From the NCBI GenBank assembly GCA_035084275.1, contig CM068757.1:7688001-7752000 (forward strand): DNA of 64,000 nt, written 5' to 3'. This DNA comes from Hydrolagus colliei (Eukaryota). Under the pieces are notes generated by a model. That model had not been told where the DNA came from and ran no database searches. It was given only the letters and a program-made list of their open reading frames with translations. The first letter of the stretch is position 1; each line of letters begins with the position of its first letter. This document shows, in pieces, positions 63,117 through 64,000 of this stretch. A program made the position numbers and the translations under genes.

Positions 63117-64000
63117 CCGAGCAGATGTCAGAGGTTTATTAAAAATGACACCATCAACCAACCCTCTCCCTCCCCCTCCCCACCAGCCTCCCCAGCAACA
63201 ACAACAACTGAGGGACAAGCTGGCCCTTTCCTTCACCAAAATAAAATCAACTCAACCAAGTGGGACTGACATCCTTGGAGCAGATATCAATTGAAAGGAT
63301 TATTATGGTTATTATTAATATGATTATTACAGTACTGCTATATATAGTACTGTATTACAGCACTACTATAATGTCCTTCGCAAATAGTTCTGTTTTGGAA
63401 AACTCGTGGAAATCAAGGGCGAATGACTTTTTCATTACCTTGATTTTTTTTTTGGGGGGGGGCAGAGGAGGGAGGGAGGGAGTTGGGGGGAGGGTAGGGG
63501 GGGGGGGAGAGAGAGAGAAAGAGAGAGGAAAAGGGAGAGAGGAGGGTTGAAGAATGCAAAAATATGATTCCCTCAACCCCCCCTTCTTCTGTGTTTCTCT
63601 CTCTCTCTCTCTCTCTCCCTCCCTCCCTCTCCTACCTCCCTCAGACCTGAATAGCGTCATTGCCAATTGATGCTGTCACGTCTCATCGCAGATACCCATC
63701 GGCAGCTGTATTTTATTTTGTACGTCACAGGCGACAGTTTCAGCCCCCCCATCTCATTAGCTAACGTCACGCCCTGTTGATAGGTAAAGGACCATTGATT
63801 GTGGCAGTGAAGAGAGAGAGATATATATCTGTGAGTGTGGGTGAGTGCAATCTCACCAACGAAAACCCTTGTAAAGTCAGTGTTTACTTACACTTGGGGG
63901 GTGGCAGCTTCCACACTTCTCTCTCTGTTGTTTTTTTTATTTATAAAATATATATATATATACACACATAATTCTCTCGGGGCAATGAGGTCATTGAAAT

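Noticed and set aside
62872-63666. ORFs of 96-140 aa near the window end
   Set aside because: Made of SINE sequence and low-complexity G/A tracts, with no recognisable domain.

Overview
This is eukaryotic (vertebrate) genomic DNA. The repeat content (tRNA-headed SINEs sharing an L2 tail, L2 and CR1 fragments, a Penelope-like palindromic element) points to a cartilaginous fish; this is inference only. The + strand carries 18 coding exons of DENND2B/ST5 (8616-52942). They splice with consistent phases into 1107 complete codons plus a stop; the true first coding exon was not identified with confidence. The - strand carries a complete, convergent RPL27A gene (5 exons, 148 aa) with a 5'TOP, a TCTCGCGAGA/ETS/GC-box promoter and two intronic SNORA3/SNORA45-family H/ACA snoRNAs. 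Most ORFs in the supplied track are non-coding or repeat-derived. The main unexplained signals are: (1) an intact minimal hammerhead-ribozyme motif inside a 77-bp-arm inverted repeat in a DENND2B intron, with two decayed relatives; (2) a ~140-bp duplicated intronic element with H/ACA-like structure; (3) a SINE-overlapping cryptic exon with strong splice sites; (4) a candidate X-box-driven alternative first exon; (5) three co-oriented CTCF-like motifs near the convergent gene junction. All homology calls come from recall and visual inspection, not from searches.
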